The notes below the pieces were generated by a model, which was not told the DNA's origin, ran no database searches, and saw only the letters and a program-made list of their open reading frames with translations. From a virus (lineage: Duplodnaviria > Caudoviricetes): a stretch of DNA of 53,906 nucleotides. The position numbers and the translations under genes are program-made. Below are positions 1 through 7,974 of the stretch, piece by piece; within the stretch, counting starts at the first letter, position 1; each line of letters starts with the position of its first letter. The stretch lies in the IMG/VR virus record IMGVR_UViG_3300036850_000179, positions 1 to 53,906 of that record; one strand, 5' to 3'.

Positions 1-127
1 CCGCCCACGGCGAGCTGCACAGAAGGGAGCGAGGGTGAGCACCCCGGACTACCGCGAGACCCTCGCGTCGGTGGCCGGCGCGCTCGACCCATCGCCGGCC
101 GACTACCGCGAGGTCGCCCAGTGGGCG
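1..127. repeat. Terminal direct repeat, copy 1 (circular assembly overlap)
   Basis: 1..127 is identical to 53780..53906. Confidence 0.97.
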
Positions 128-238
128 TACGACGCCGCCGACGACATGCGGTCCCGCTGGGGGCTGTCCGCGCTGGACGCGCTCGGCTGGGAGCTGGAGC
201 GCGCCGCGCAGGACCTTGAAGAGCTGGAAGGGGCTTAA
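35..238 (+). CDS. Early hypothetical protein
   Basis: GTG start overlapping the stop of the ORF ending at 53817; tightly packed operon. Confidence 0.75.
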   Translation: MSTPDYRETLASVAGALDPSPADYREVAQWAYDAADDMRSRWGLSALDALGWELERAAQDLEELEGA

Positions 239-240
239 CC

Positions 241-495
241 ATGTCCGACCACGGCTACCGTGACGACCTCCACGCCGAACCGGCGTTCGTCGAAGGTGAG
301 GAGTACAGCGACAGCCAACGGCTCGACGAGCTGTACACCGCCGACGACTACAACCGGTTCGAGGAGAACATGCTCGCGCTCGACCACGACCTGGAGCCCG
401 ACCCCGGCTGGGATGTGGTCGACGACCAGGAGTACGCCGAGCGGGACTTGGACATCGGCGACGGCGACCCGGGCGACTGGATGGAGGAGGGCTAA
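241..495 (+). CDS. Highly acidic small protein (DNA-mimic candidate)
   Basis: 30 of 84 residues D/E, 4 R, no K. Confidence 0.75.
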   Translation: MSDHGYRDDLHAEPAFVEGEEYSDSQRLDELYTADDYNRFEENMLALDHDLEPDPGWDVVDDQEYAERDLDIGDGDPGDWMEEG

Positions 496-496
496 C

Positions 497-790
497 GTGA
501 AGCTGCACATCCGTGCGGTCGGTGCGGAGCCGTACGACCTGACCGACGACTACTGGACGCTGGAGGAGGCGGTCGAGGAGGAGGCCCGGAAGCTCGCCGC
601 CGACGCCGGCTCCGAGGTGCTGGAGTCCCCGTCGGAGGCGTGCCGGGACGCCTACCGGCGGCAGGTCGCCCAAGAGGCCCTCGCCGGCCTGAACTACTAC
701 GGCGTGTACACCGACGACACCGGCGTCCAGTGGACGCTGGAGACGACCACCGAGGACGACTACCTCGACGACGGAGAGGACGGGTTCTGA
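497..790 (+). CDS. Acidic hypothetical protein
   Basis: GGAGG then GTG at 497 (MKLHIRAVG...), within ORF 260..790. Confidence 0.75.
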   Translation: MKLHIRAVGAEPYDLTDDYWTLEEAVEEEARKLAADAGSEVLESPSEACRDAYRRQVAQEALAGLNYYGVYTDDTGVQWTLETTTEDDYLDDGEDGF

Positions 791-792
791 CC

Positions 793-1197
793 ATGGACAG
801 CCGGCAAATTCGCAGCCTCGCGGAGCAGGAGCGCGGCATCCTGGAGTCGCTCGCGGCGACGTACAGCCTCCGCAACGGGGAGCTGGTCGCCAGCGCGAGC
901 TGGTCGCCCCGCCACATCGACCTGTGGGGCACCACTCCACTACCGGACCCGACGCCAGTCCAGGTCGGCGACCACGTCCTGGTCGAGTCGCGCGGGCATA
1001 TCCGCGCCGCGCGGGTGTACAGGGTCGGACGGAAGAACGTCACGGTGGCGTACGTGACCCCCGGCGGCATCCAGGAAGCCCGCGACTACATCGCGAAGGG
1101 CGGCCTGCGGCCGTGGAGGGCGACCATCACCGTCAAGACGGTCCCGGTCGAGGAGCTGCACGGCTGGGACGCGAACCCCGCGAACAGGAGGCCGTAA
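793..1197 (+). CDS. Hypothetical protein, possible SH3/KOW-like barrel
   Basis: ATG at 793; VQVGDHVLVESRGHIRAARVYRVG pattern. Confidence 0.7.
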   Translation: MDSRQIRSLAEQERGILESLAATYSLRNGELVASASWSPRHIDLWGTTPLPDPTPVQVGDHVLVESRGHIRAARVYRVGRKNVTVAYVTPGGIQEARDYIAKGGLRPWRATITVKTVPVEELHGWDANPANRRP

Positions 1198-1199
1198 CC

Positions 1200-1391
1200 A
1201 TGCTCAGGAACATCACCCAGGCGGACCTGGCCCGCATCCAGCTCGCGCTCCGACAGGACGCGCGATACTGCAAGAAGCTCGCGAAGGACAACCCCAACGG
1301 CGCCCAGACCGCCTACTTCACCCAGGAGGCGAACGCGCTGCGCGCGCTCGACGCCCTACTTCAGGGCGCGACCGTCATCCACGTCAAGTAG
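1200..1391 (+). CDS. Hypothetical protein
   Basis: AGGAGG RBS, ATG at 1200 (MLRNITQADL). Confidence 0.75.
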   Translation: MLRNITQADLARIQLALRQDARYCKKLAKDNPNGAQTAYFTQEANALRALDALLQGATVIHVK

Positions 1392-1394
1392 GGC

Positions 1395-1410
1395 TGCCCC
1401 CCCCAGTCAG
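1395..1410 (+). promoter_or_regulatory. Copy of 16-bp TGCCCCGCCCAGTCAG-like motif
   Basis: TGCCCCCCCCAGTCAG, 15/16 match to the copy at 48781..48796 (-). Confidence 0.55.
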
Positions 1411-1424
1411 GGACCAGTCAGGAG

Positions 1425-1448
1425 GTGTCCCCAGGGTCCTGCTACACT
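1425..1448 (+). promoter_or_regulatory. Phage-type promoter (box + extended -10)
   Basis: GTGTCCCCAG-N5-TG-C-TACACT, intergenic. Confidence 0.7.
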
Positions 1449-1524
1449 AGACGTACCACGCCCGCGACAATGCCCCGGGTGATGAGCCGGGCTATGGACG
1501 CCCGAGAGAGGGAGGAACTCCCCC

Positions 1525-1839
1525 ATGTTCGACATTCTGGTCTTCGACCACCGCCTCGGTGAGAACCGTCAGCTCGACTCGAAGTCGGAGCTGACCCGCC
1601 TGCTGTTCGGTTACACCACCGGCAACGGGCAGAAGTTCCCCGCGCAAGCGGAGTACGTCACCTTCGTGGAGCGGCCGTACGGCGGCGACGTGGTCGCCCA
1701 GTCGACTCCTCTAACTGGGGCGGAGGCAATCCGGTTAGTCGAGGCGCTCCACCAGAGGGTCCGGTTCACGTACCGGGCGGAGGGGCGGCGGGTCGAGGGC
1801 GAGCTGGCCTGGACCCGAGCCGGGCTGAGGGTGCGCTGA
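1525..1839 (+). CDS. Hypothetical protein
   Basis: GGAGG RBS, ATG, downstream of promoter. Confidence 0.8.
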   Translation: MFDILVFDHRLGENRQLDSKSELTRLLFGYTTGNGQKFPAQAEYVTFVERPYGGDVVAQSTPLTGAEAIRLVEALHQRVRFTYRAEGRRVEGELAWTRAGLRVR

Positions 1840-2507
1840 TGCCGACCTTGGAGCTGAACTGGCCGGAGCTGGCTGCGGTCCGGAAGGTCCTCGGCCGCTC
1901 CGCCTACAACACCGACGCGTCCATCAGCTCGGCGTTGGCGAAACTGGATACGCTCGCCGCGTCGAAGGTACTGGCGGCGTCCGGCCGGACGGTGTACTAC
2001 AAGGCCGCTCGGACCGACCTCCTAGGCCCGCACTACTCGGCCGGCATCGGCCGGTACCTCCCCGGCGGCATCTACACGCCGGACTGGCTCGACCCCGACG
2101 ACCGGGTGTCTTGCACGCATGGGCTGTACTACACCAGCCACATCCGTGTCGCGGCCCGGTGGGGGCCGGTCATCCTCCGGGTGAGGGTCCTCGGCGAGAA
2201 GGTGAAGGTGCAGCGGCCCGTCAAGCCGACGCAGGGCATCCCGGATAAGTCGGGGAGGTACTACAAGTACCGGACCGACCGGATGCTCGTGGAGGACATC
2301 GTCGCGCTGTCCGTCCACACCAGCGCCAACGGCGACGGCGCCCAGGCGTACCGGGCCGGTCTGCTACTCGGCCACCTCAACGGCGGTCTGGAGGGGACCG
2401 GGAACCACTACCGTCTGACCGGGAAGGTGCTGGAGCATCTCCGCACCCAGCCGGGCGACAGCGAACAGCACCGCGTCTGGGAGCTGGAGAGGGACGCGGC
2501 GTGGTGA
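1839..2507 (+). CDS. DUF7666-like phage protein
   Basis: YYK...RY.PG..Y...C.HGLYY...ILRVRV...KYR pattern, recalled from the DUF7666 family. Confidence 0.55.
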   Translation: MPTLELNWPELAAVRKVLGRSAYNTDASISSALAKLDTLAASKVLAASGRTVYYKAARTDLLGPHYSAGIGRYLPGGIYTPDWLDPDDRVSCTHGLYYTSHIRVAARWGPVILRVRVLGEKVKVQRPVKPTQGIPDKSGRYYKYRTDRMLVEDIVALSVHTSANGDGAQAYRAGLLLGHLNGGLEGTGNHYRLTGKVLEHLRTQPGDSEQHRVWELERDAAW

Positions 2508-2623
2508 AACGATGCAACGGGTGTGGCCGGCGCATCTGGCGCGCCGGGGTGACCGACTACCTCGGCATGCCTTACCATCGTCACTGCTTCCCGTGGGGAC
2601 GAGCGCAAAGGTGGAAGCTGTGA
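2504..2623 (+). CDS. 39-aa zinc-finger microprotein (CxxC...HxxC)
   Basis: Hand translation MKRCNGCGRRIWRAGVTDYLGMPYHRHCFPWGRAQRWKL; GTGA overlaps at both ends; below the ORF-track cutoff. Confidence 0.65.
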   Translation: MKRCNGCGRRIWRAGVTDYLGMPYHRHCFPWGRAQRWKL

Positions 2624-2934
2624 AGGACCAGGAGCAGGTCGTCCAGCGGGCCGCGACGTTCGGCTGGCGGCCAAAGTCGGCATACCCGGACCCGTGCCCG
2701 GCGAGCTTCCAGGGAGACTTCTCGGAGTGGATACGGCAGGCGAAGACGCCGGGGAGCTGCCCAACATGCGGCGCGCGGGTGCTGCTCGTCGTCACGACCA
2801 TCAAGGAGGAGGCCGTCTGGACGGCACCGCACAACCGGCAGGCCGACCGGGTGGAGGAGCTGCTCGGCGGTCGGCTCTCGGAACTGGAGACGGCCATCAG
2901 GAACGTGGAACGGCCGCCATCCTCCGGGAGGTAA
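2620..2934 (+). CDS. Hypothetical protein with CPTCG knuckle
   Basis: GTG at 2620, in frame with ORF 2512..2934. Confidence 0.65.
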   Translation: MKDQEQVVQRAATFGWRPKSAYPDPCPASFQGDFSEWIRQAKTPGSCPTCGARVLLVVTTIKEEAVWTAPHNRQADRVEELLGGRLSELETAIRNVERPPSSGR

Positions 2935-2988
2935 GGACGGCAGCCGCGGAGGACGCGGACCGTTTCGGGACGTGGGAAGGAGACCTGC

Positions 2989-3234
2989 ATGTGCCAGGCA
3001 GAAGTTCAGCCGGACAGCAGCCTGCCGGAGGCGCTGACCATCGTCAACCACAACGCCCGGACGCTCTGGGAGCAGCTCGACAACGCCGCGAAGGTCGCGC
3101 GCGCCAGGCGCGACCGGGTCGTCGCCCGAGACCTGGAGCTGATGGGGCAGACCGTCGATGAGGTCGTCGTCCGACTCGGGGGGCTGTTCTCCATCGAGGC
3201 GAAGTTCCAAGCGACGAAGAAGGACGGGTCTTGA
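2989..3234 (+). CDS. Hypothetical helical protein
   Basis: AAGGAG RBS, ATG. Confidence 0.75.
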   Translation: MCQAEVQPDSSLPEALTIVNHNARTLWEQLDNAAKVARARRDRVVARDLELMGQTVDEVVVRLGGLFSIEAKFQATKKDGS

Positions 3235-3419
3235 TGGCCGCCATCGTCGCGACATTGACCATCCCCATCTCCGACGGCACCGCCGTCTCGGAGGTGGCGA
3301 AGGCGGTCGACTTCATCCGGGCGGGGGTGCACAACGTCGTGAAGCAGGTTCCTGCGGCGGTGTGGTCCGGTAAGACGGGACTGCCCGCCGTTCGCGTCGA
3401 GCTGGACCTGGACAAGTAG
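3234..3419 (+). CDS. Hypothetical protein
   Basis: TGATG coupling to the upstream gene. Confidence 0.65.
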   Translation: MAAIVATLTIPISDGTAVSEVAKAVDFIRAGVHNVVKQVPAAVWSGKTGLPAVRVELDLDK

Positions 3420-3911
3420 ATGCTTGAAGTTCACGGAGACTTCTGGAGCTACGGTCCCGTCGACGCGCGCTGCATCACCACCAACGGGCATGTCACCGCC
3501 GCCGGGAACGCGGTGATGGGGCGCGGTGTCGCCAGGCAGGCGAAGGACCGCTACCCCGGCATCCATATGGTCCTCGGGCCGATGCTGCGACAGTACGGTC
3601 ATCACGTGCTGGAGGTCCTGCCCGCCGTCGCGCCGGGTAAGGGCTGGGGCCGGCCGGCGCTGCTGTCGTACCCGGTGAAGCCGCACATCACCTCGACGTG
3701 CGCCCCGTCGACGCCGTGCTGGCGGAACAACGCCAGCCTCGACCTCATCATCCGGTCGGCGTATGAGCTGGTCGAGCTGACCGACGCCCGGCGGTGGTCC
3801 CGGGTACTACTGCCGCGGCCCGGCTGCGGGGCCGGCGGGCTCGACTGGGACGTGGTGCAGTGGCCGCTGTCGGTCATCCTCGACTACCGCTTCCATGTCA
3901 TCGACTGGTGA
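3420..3911 (+). CDS. Macro-domain (ADP-ribose binding/hydrolase) protein
   Basis: GD..., TTNG...VMGRGVARQ, PVK...W...SLDLI, PRPGCGAGGLDW motifs. Confidence 0.9.
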   Translation: MLEVHGDFWSYGPVDARCITTNGHVTAAGNAVMGRGVARQAKDRYPGIHMVLGPMLRQYGHHVLEVLPAVAPGKGWGRPALLSYPVKPHITSTCAPSTPCWRNNASLDLIIRSAYELVELTDARRWSRVLLPRPGCGAGGLDWDVVQWPLSVILDYRFHVIDW

Positions 3912-4356
3912 CATCCTGACCCACCTGCTGGTGGAGCACGGGTGGGGGCCGGCGGACGAGCGCCGCTGGCCCGCCCCGTGCGACTGGCACGCCACCGTGC
4001 ACTACTGGCGGGCAGCCGACCACGGTCACCGGAGTATCCGGCCGGTGGTCGCGGTGGACCCACCGCCTCGCAGCCTGGAGTCGCCGTGGGACCGGTTCCG
4101 GGGGCAGCTCGAACGGCAGCAGCGCGGACCTATGGTCCCGTCTGGCCTTCGCCGTCGACGCCCCGTCCTTCCCTCCGCGGCCGAGAGGGACGCCCGAAAT
4201 GCATCTTTGGCTCGCGGCGCGTGGGGGCGCCGAGGCGTTCCTTCAGGCGGAGTTCGTGATACTCCCGGTTCGCCTGGACGGCTCGGGCGTTACAGCCCCG
4301 GCATAGATGTAGCCCCGTCGGGCCATTCCAGGTCGTCGGAGTCTTCAGGCAGGTAG
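3895..4356 (+). CDS. Possible hypothetical protein (3' half antisense to 4130..4435)
   Basis: Fills the gap after the macro gene; C-terminal half is low-complexity. Confidence 0.35.
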   Translation: MSSTGDILTHLLVEHGWGPADERRWPAPCDWHATVHYWRAADHGHRSIRPVVAVDPPPRSLESPWDRFRGQLERQQRGPMVPSGLRRRRPVLPSAAERDARNASLARGAWGRRGVPSGGVRDTPGSPGRLGRYSPGIDVAPSGHSRSSESSGR

Positions 4357-4435
4357 CACCGGTCGCGAGTGTCCCCTCGCACTGTTCCTTGCCGCGTTCG
4401 CCGCCGCGGTCGAAGATGTTGCTGGACAGCCCCAT
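4130..4435 (-). CDS. Cys-containing (possible Zn) hypothetical protein
   Basis: ATG at 4435; C...C...CRGC. Confidence 0.55.
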   Translation of the reverse strand: MGLSSNIFDRGGERGKEQCEGTLATGATCLKTPTTWNGPTGLHLCRGCNARAVQANREYHELRLKERLGAPTRREPKMHFGRPSRPRREGRGVDGEGQTGP

Positions 4436-4439
4436 GCTG

Positions 4440-4928
4440 TCACCGTCCCGGGGTCCAGATGTGCTTCTCCGCGGCGTCCTTCCGGGCCTGCTGCGCTTTG
4501 AGCCGCTGCTCGGCGACATGCTGGTTGTAGAGGTCGGTCACTTCCGGGTCGAACATCGGGTCGGGCCGGTTCACCGGCCGTCCTCCCATCCGCCGGCCGC
4601 CGGGGAGGAACACCACCGCATTTGTCCAGCGGAATCTTGCGAACACGAGGGTGTCGCATGCGACGCATTCCGCGGCACATTCGAACACGCTGTCGGGGCC
4701 GTAATGCCCGCCGTACAATCCGACCGGGAACGCGAGCACACGGACGTACCATTTCTCTTCCTCGTCGGCGGTCGCGAACCACGCCGCCGCATCCACGCCC
4801 GGCGCGAAGACGTATTCTGCCTCCTTGCAGTCGTGCGTCGCGACCGCTATTTGCAGGTCGTCGTTCTCGTTCCGGATGGGGAAAACCTTGCCCGGGTTAT
4901 CGCGGGGGAATTTCCGTGTGATGGGCAC
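4440..4928 (-). CDS. Hypothetical protein
   Basis: GAGGAGG RBS; protein-like composition; CVAC motif. Confidence 0.75.
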   Translation of the reverse strand: MPITRKFPRDNPGKVFPIRNENDDLQIAVATHDCKEAEYVFAPGVDAAAWFATADEEEKWYVRVLAFPVGLYGGHYGPDSVFECAAECVACDTLVFARFRWTNAVVFLPGGRRMGGRPVNRPDPMFDPEVTDLYNQHVAEQRLKAQQARKDAAEKHIWTPGR

Positions 4929-4929
4929 G

Positions 4930-5451
4930 TCACGCCTCCTCGGACTCGTTCAGCTCGTTAGTGACCCAGCGTGCGCACCATTCCCGAAGGTGACGGAGTG
5001 CCGCGGTCCGGGCACGCCGGAGCGCCTTGTTGTCGGCGGGCGGCAGCGCGCGGTCGCGCATTGGTGGAGGCTTCGGTGGTACCCAGTTTGGGTCGCGAGC
5101 GAGCATGAACTCCTGGGTTCCGACGGGGTCGTCACGCCACTGCTGCCACACCAGCTCGTCAAGGTCGAGCGGGGGGCTGTCGCCGTTGAGGCCGGCGAGC
5201 ATGCGGACTGTTTGCCGATGCGACGCCCGCTGCCAGTAGAGCGCGTCGACCACGTCCTGATGGCGGGGCGGGAGCGTCAAGACGCCCTCCTCGGCGAGCG
5301 CGTCGACGAGACCGCGTTTCCGGACCTCCAGTCCGGCGAGAAGGTCAGGTTCGTAGCCGAGTTCGGTGTCGAGGTTGAAGATGGACAGCGGCAGCCACCG
5401 GCCAGCCAAGATGCGGCCGTGGCCGTCGGCGCGGCGGACGCTGCTACTCAT
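4930..5451 (-). CDS. Stand-alone sigma70 region-4-like HTH protein with an insertion
   Basis: LTLPPRHQDVVDALYWQRASHRQTVRMLAG ... KALRRARTAALRHLRE resembles the sigma4 consensus LPxRQRxVxxLxYxxxxSxxE...V+R...RAL+KLR. Confidence 0.6.
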   Translation of the reverse strand: MSSSVRRADGHGRILAGRWLPLSIFNLDTELGYEPDLLAGLEVRKRGLVDALAEEGVLTLPPRHQDVVDALYWQRASHRQTVRMLAGLNGDSPPLDLDELVWQQWRDDPVGTQEFMLARDPNWVPPKPPPMRDRALPPADNKALRRARTAALRHLREWCARWVTNELNESEEA

Positions 5452-5668
5452 CGCCCGGCTTCCACGGTCGGAAGAACGTCTCGATGTCATCCCACCGGTC
5501 GCGAGTTTCCCACGGGTGCTCGCCGTGGCGGAGCAGCCGGTTCCGCATCATCAGCAGCACAGCCCGTTCGTCGGTGGCGAAATACGGGCCGCCGTGTCCA
5601 CGCACGTACGCCACAACACCGCCGCCATTCGACGGCGCCCGGTTGGCGACCAACGCGCTCATCCTCAT
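5444..5668 (-). CDS. Hypothetical protein
   Basis: ATGA overlap with the kinase stop (MRMSALVANR...). Confidence 0.6.
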   Translation of the reverse strand: MRMSALVANRAPSNGGGVVAYVRGHGGPYFATDERAVLLMMRNRLLRHGEHPWETRDRWDDIETFFRPWKPGDE

Positions 5669-6300
5669 CGCGGCCCCCTGATGTTTCCATAGGCGCCCCG
5701 CCGGTATTTCGACCCGGGAGGTGACCAGCCGTTGTGCCACACCGCGTCGAACAGGCCAGGCTGCCGCGAGCACGCGAACGCTTCCCGCTCCAGCGGATGG
5801 CCGAGTTCCTCTGGCGCCGGCGCCCTGCCGTTGCGGTGGATGAGCCGCTCCAGCCGCAGCTCCAGCGGCGACTCCATCCATATCAGCTTCCAGCCGTGCT
5901 GGTGGAGATACCGCAGCTCCGCCTCCCGCCGGGCGCCGTCGAGAACGACATCCTCGTCACGGTGATAGCGGGCAATCTCGTCGGTGATGTCGTAGACGAG
6001 ACCGAGACCGGCGTAGCCCGACAGCTCTGTGCCGAGCTGCTGAAGGGCGGCAACGTTCGGAGCGGGGAAACCGTGCCGTTCGTTCCAGACCTGCCGCACC
6101 TGGGCGCCGAACCCCCAACGCCACACCGTCCGTCCCCACTTCTCGCGGAACTGCTCGGCGATGCTGTCGGCGGCGAACGTCTTGCCGCTTCCCATCAGGC
6201 CGGAGACGGCGATGCGGAGGGGGCGCCGAAGGTCGAGAGCGATGCCGGCGAAGTCGCCGAGCGGCTTGTACAGGTGGTCGCCGTAACCATGAACGCTCAC
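5665..6300 (-). CDS. Deoxynucleoside monophosphate kinase-like P-loop protein
   Basis: IAVSGLMGSGKT, LQQLGT, VVLDGARREAE, HPLE motifs. Confidence 0.85.
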   Translation of the reverse strand: MSVHGYGDHLYKPLGDFAGIALDLRRPLRIAVSGLMGSGKTFAADSIAEQFREKWGRTVWRWGFGAQVRQVWNERHGFPAPNVAALQQLGTELSGYAGLGLVYDITDEIARYHRDEDVVLDGARREAELRYLHQHGWKLIWMESPLELRLERLIHRNGRAPAPEELGHPLEREAFACSRQPGLFDAVWHNGWSPPGSKYRRGAYGNIRGPR

Positions 6301-6767
6301 CAGTCACCTCCGTACGGGTTGTCGCCGCACCACGACCACCACTGGCCGACCCGGTCTCGGAGGCTATGGAGTTCGAGGGCTGGGAGGACCAGCGCGGGGA
6401 AGACGACACACCAGACACGCCGTCCGCCGAGCTGGACCCCCTGCCGTGTATGCGCCGGCGTCGCCCCGGCCCCGAGCGTGAGAATGTGCAGCGGACCGTC
6501 GGTCATCTTCTCGCCGGCGTGGGCGACGACCCACACCTGCTGGTTCGTGGGGCGGGCGAGCGTCTCCAGCATGCGGTACTGCCCGGTCGGGATGGTGAGT
6601 TTCCCGTCGATGATGGGTTTCCCCTCGAAGAACACCACCCAACCACGACGTTCGATGACCTGGTCGATGTCGGACGCGCCGGTGGTCACGTCGTCGAGCC
6701 ACGAGAAGTCGTTGATGCTGCCCCGCCAGCTATCGTAGCTGCGGAGGACGGATGCCTGATGCCCCAT
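6297..6767 (-). CDS. PD-(D/E)XK-like nuclease-fold protein
   Basis: SDIDQVIE...FFEGK...GQYRML; AAGGAG RBS before ATG 6767. Confidence 0.6.
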   Translation of the reverse strand: MGHQASVLRSYDSWRGSINDFSWLDDVTTGASDIDQVIERRGWVVFFEGKPIIDGKLTIPTGQYRMLETLARPTNQQVWVVAHAGEKMTDGPLHILTLGAGATPAHTRQGVQLGGRRVWCVVFPALVLPALELHSLRDRVGQWWSWCGDNPYGGDW

Positions 6768-6791
6768 ACGTGTCTCCTTTCGTCGTGGCGG

Positions 6792-6815
6792 ATGATAGCA
6801 TGCGGCTGGGGTCAC
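6792..6815 (-). promoter_or_regulatory. Phage-type promoter driving the reverse island
   Basis: Minus strand reads GTGACCCCAG-N5-TG-C-TATCAT. Confidence 0.7.
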
Positions 6816-6853
6816 CAGCCAGGAGGTCCAGATGTTCGGGTTTGTCGGAGAAG

Positions 6854-6862
6854 TGCTATGGT
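6854..6862 (+). promoter_or_regulatory. Extended -10 (TGCTATGGT), divergent from the island promoter
   Basis: TGnTAnnnT in an intergenic region. Confidence 0.45.
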
Positions 6863-6899
6863 GGGTTGTTACGCTCCTGTTCGTCTTCATCTGGTGTGC

Positions 6900-7105
6900 T
6901 TTGCAGGAGGACTGACTCCTATACGCGCGCGCGCGTTATACGCGCGCAGGCCCGCGCCATCGCGCGCGGTGTCGCTATAGCTCTTGCCCTTCTGTACTGT
7001 ATGCCCCGCCCAGTTAGAGAGAAAGATAACTACTACCGCGCACGCACGTATGCCTGCGCGCGATGGCGCGCGCGTACGGGGGCAGGCGCCTACGCGCACG
7101 CGAGG
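6900..7105. other. Candidate replication origin: (CG)n runs and inverted repeats around a lower-GC core
   Basis: Perfect 15-bp IR 6953..6967 / 7056..7070; repeated TACGCGC units on both strands. Confidence 0.5.
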
Positions 7106-7113
7106 GGAGCAGC

Positions 7114-7701
7114 ATGGTACGACCGGTGACGCCAGGTCTGACTCGGGGGCGGGTATGCAGGAACGGTCACGACGACTGGGTTCTCCGCGCATCCGGCAAG
7201 TGGGTCTGCAAACCGTGCAAGCGGGCTAACGTAGCCGACAATCGCAAATGGCATGAGGAGGAGGACATGAAACCGAAGCTGGACATCGGTCCGCTCGCCG
7301 GTGAAGTCGAGCGCCGGCTGAACGTCAATCGGGCCATCACTCGGTCAACGACTCGCGTGCACGTTGGCCCGACGAGCGAGCGCGCGCTGTTCGGCGCGGT
7401 GAACGGGGACGAGACGGCCGCCCACAAGGCGTGGCGGCGGGCGAAACGGCACGGGATGGTCACCCTCGACGCCCTCGACGACCTGTGCGTCTACCTCGAC
7501 GTTCACCCCCGGGAGCTGTACGGCGACGCCTACGACCAGCAGGCGTACGCCGGCGCGCTCCCGCCGGACTACATCCGTACCGACCAGGTCCCCCGCGACC
7601 TCGTCGCGCTGGTCCGTACCCGCCTCGCCGAGCCCCGGGAGGACCCATGGTGGTGGCATGCCGGCCGCCGGGGGCTGCCACGAGCGACCCGCCGGTTCTG
7701 A
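7114..7701 (+). CDS. Putative regulator: N-terminal Zn finger plus C-terminal Cro/C1-like HTH
   Basis: CRNGH...CKPC; VTLDALDDLCVYLDVHPRELYG; second strong RBS before ATG 7267. Confidence 0.6.
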   Translation: MVRPVTPGLTRGRVCRNGHDDWVLRASGKWVCKPCKRANVADNRKWHEEEDMKPKLDIGPLAGEVERRLNVNRAITRSTTRVHVGPTSERALFGAVNGDETAAHKAWRRAKRHGMVTLDALDDLCVYLDVHPRELYGDAYDQQAYAGALPPDYIRTDQVPRDLVALVRTRLAEPREDPWWWHAGRRGLPRATRRF

Positions 7702-7702
7702 A

Positions 7703-7726
7703 GTGTCCACACGGTTCTGCTACCCT
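7703..7726 (+). promoter_or_regulatory. Phage-type promoter
   Basis: GTGTCCACAC-N5-TG-C-TACCCT. Confidence 0.65.
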
Positions 7727-7752
7727 GTCCGCATGCCGCATCAGGAGGGACG

Positions 7753-7974
7753 ATGGACCCCATCACTAGGAACATCGCACACAAGGTCCGCGCCGCCAAC
7801 CCGGATGACCCGCCTCAGTACCTCGGCCCCCGCCGGCCCGGTGCCGTCGAGGCGTGCCTCGTCGACGGGATGCACGTCATCAGCTACAAGGTCCACCGGG
7901 AGACCGGCTTCCACAAGCGGGCGATGGCCCGGCAGCGCCGGCAGGAGCGCGCCGCGAGAGGCTTGCTGACGTGA
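7753..7974 (+). CDS. Hypothetical protein
   Basis: AGGAGG RBS, ATG. Confidence 0.75.
   Translation: MDPITRNIAHKVRAANPDDPPQYLGPRRPGAVEACLVDGMHVISYKVHRETGFHKRAMARQRRQERAARGLLT

Noticed and set aside
1471-1520. Hammerhead ribozyme at GTGATGAG
   Set aside because: The core needs CUGANGA plus GAAA; the first base differs and no suitable GAAA or stems follow
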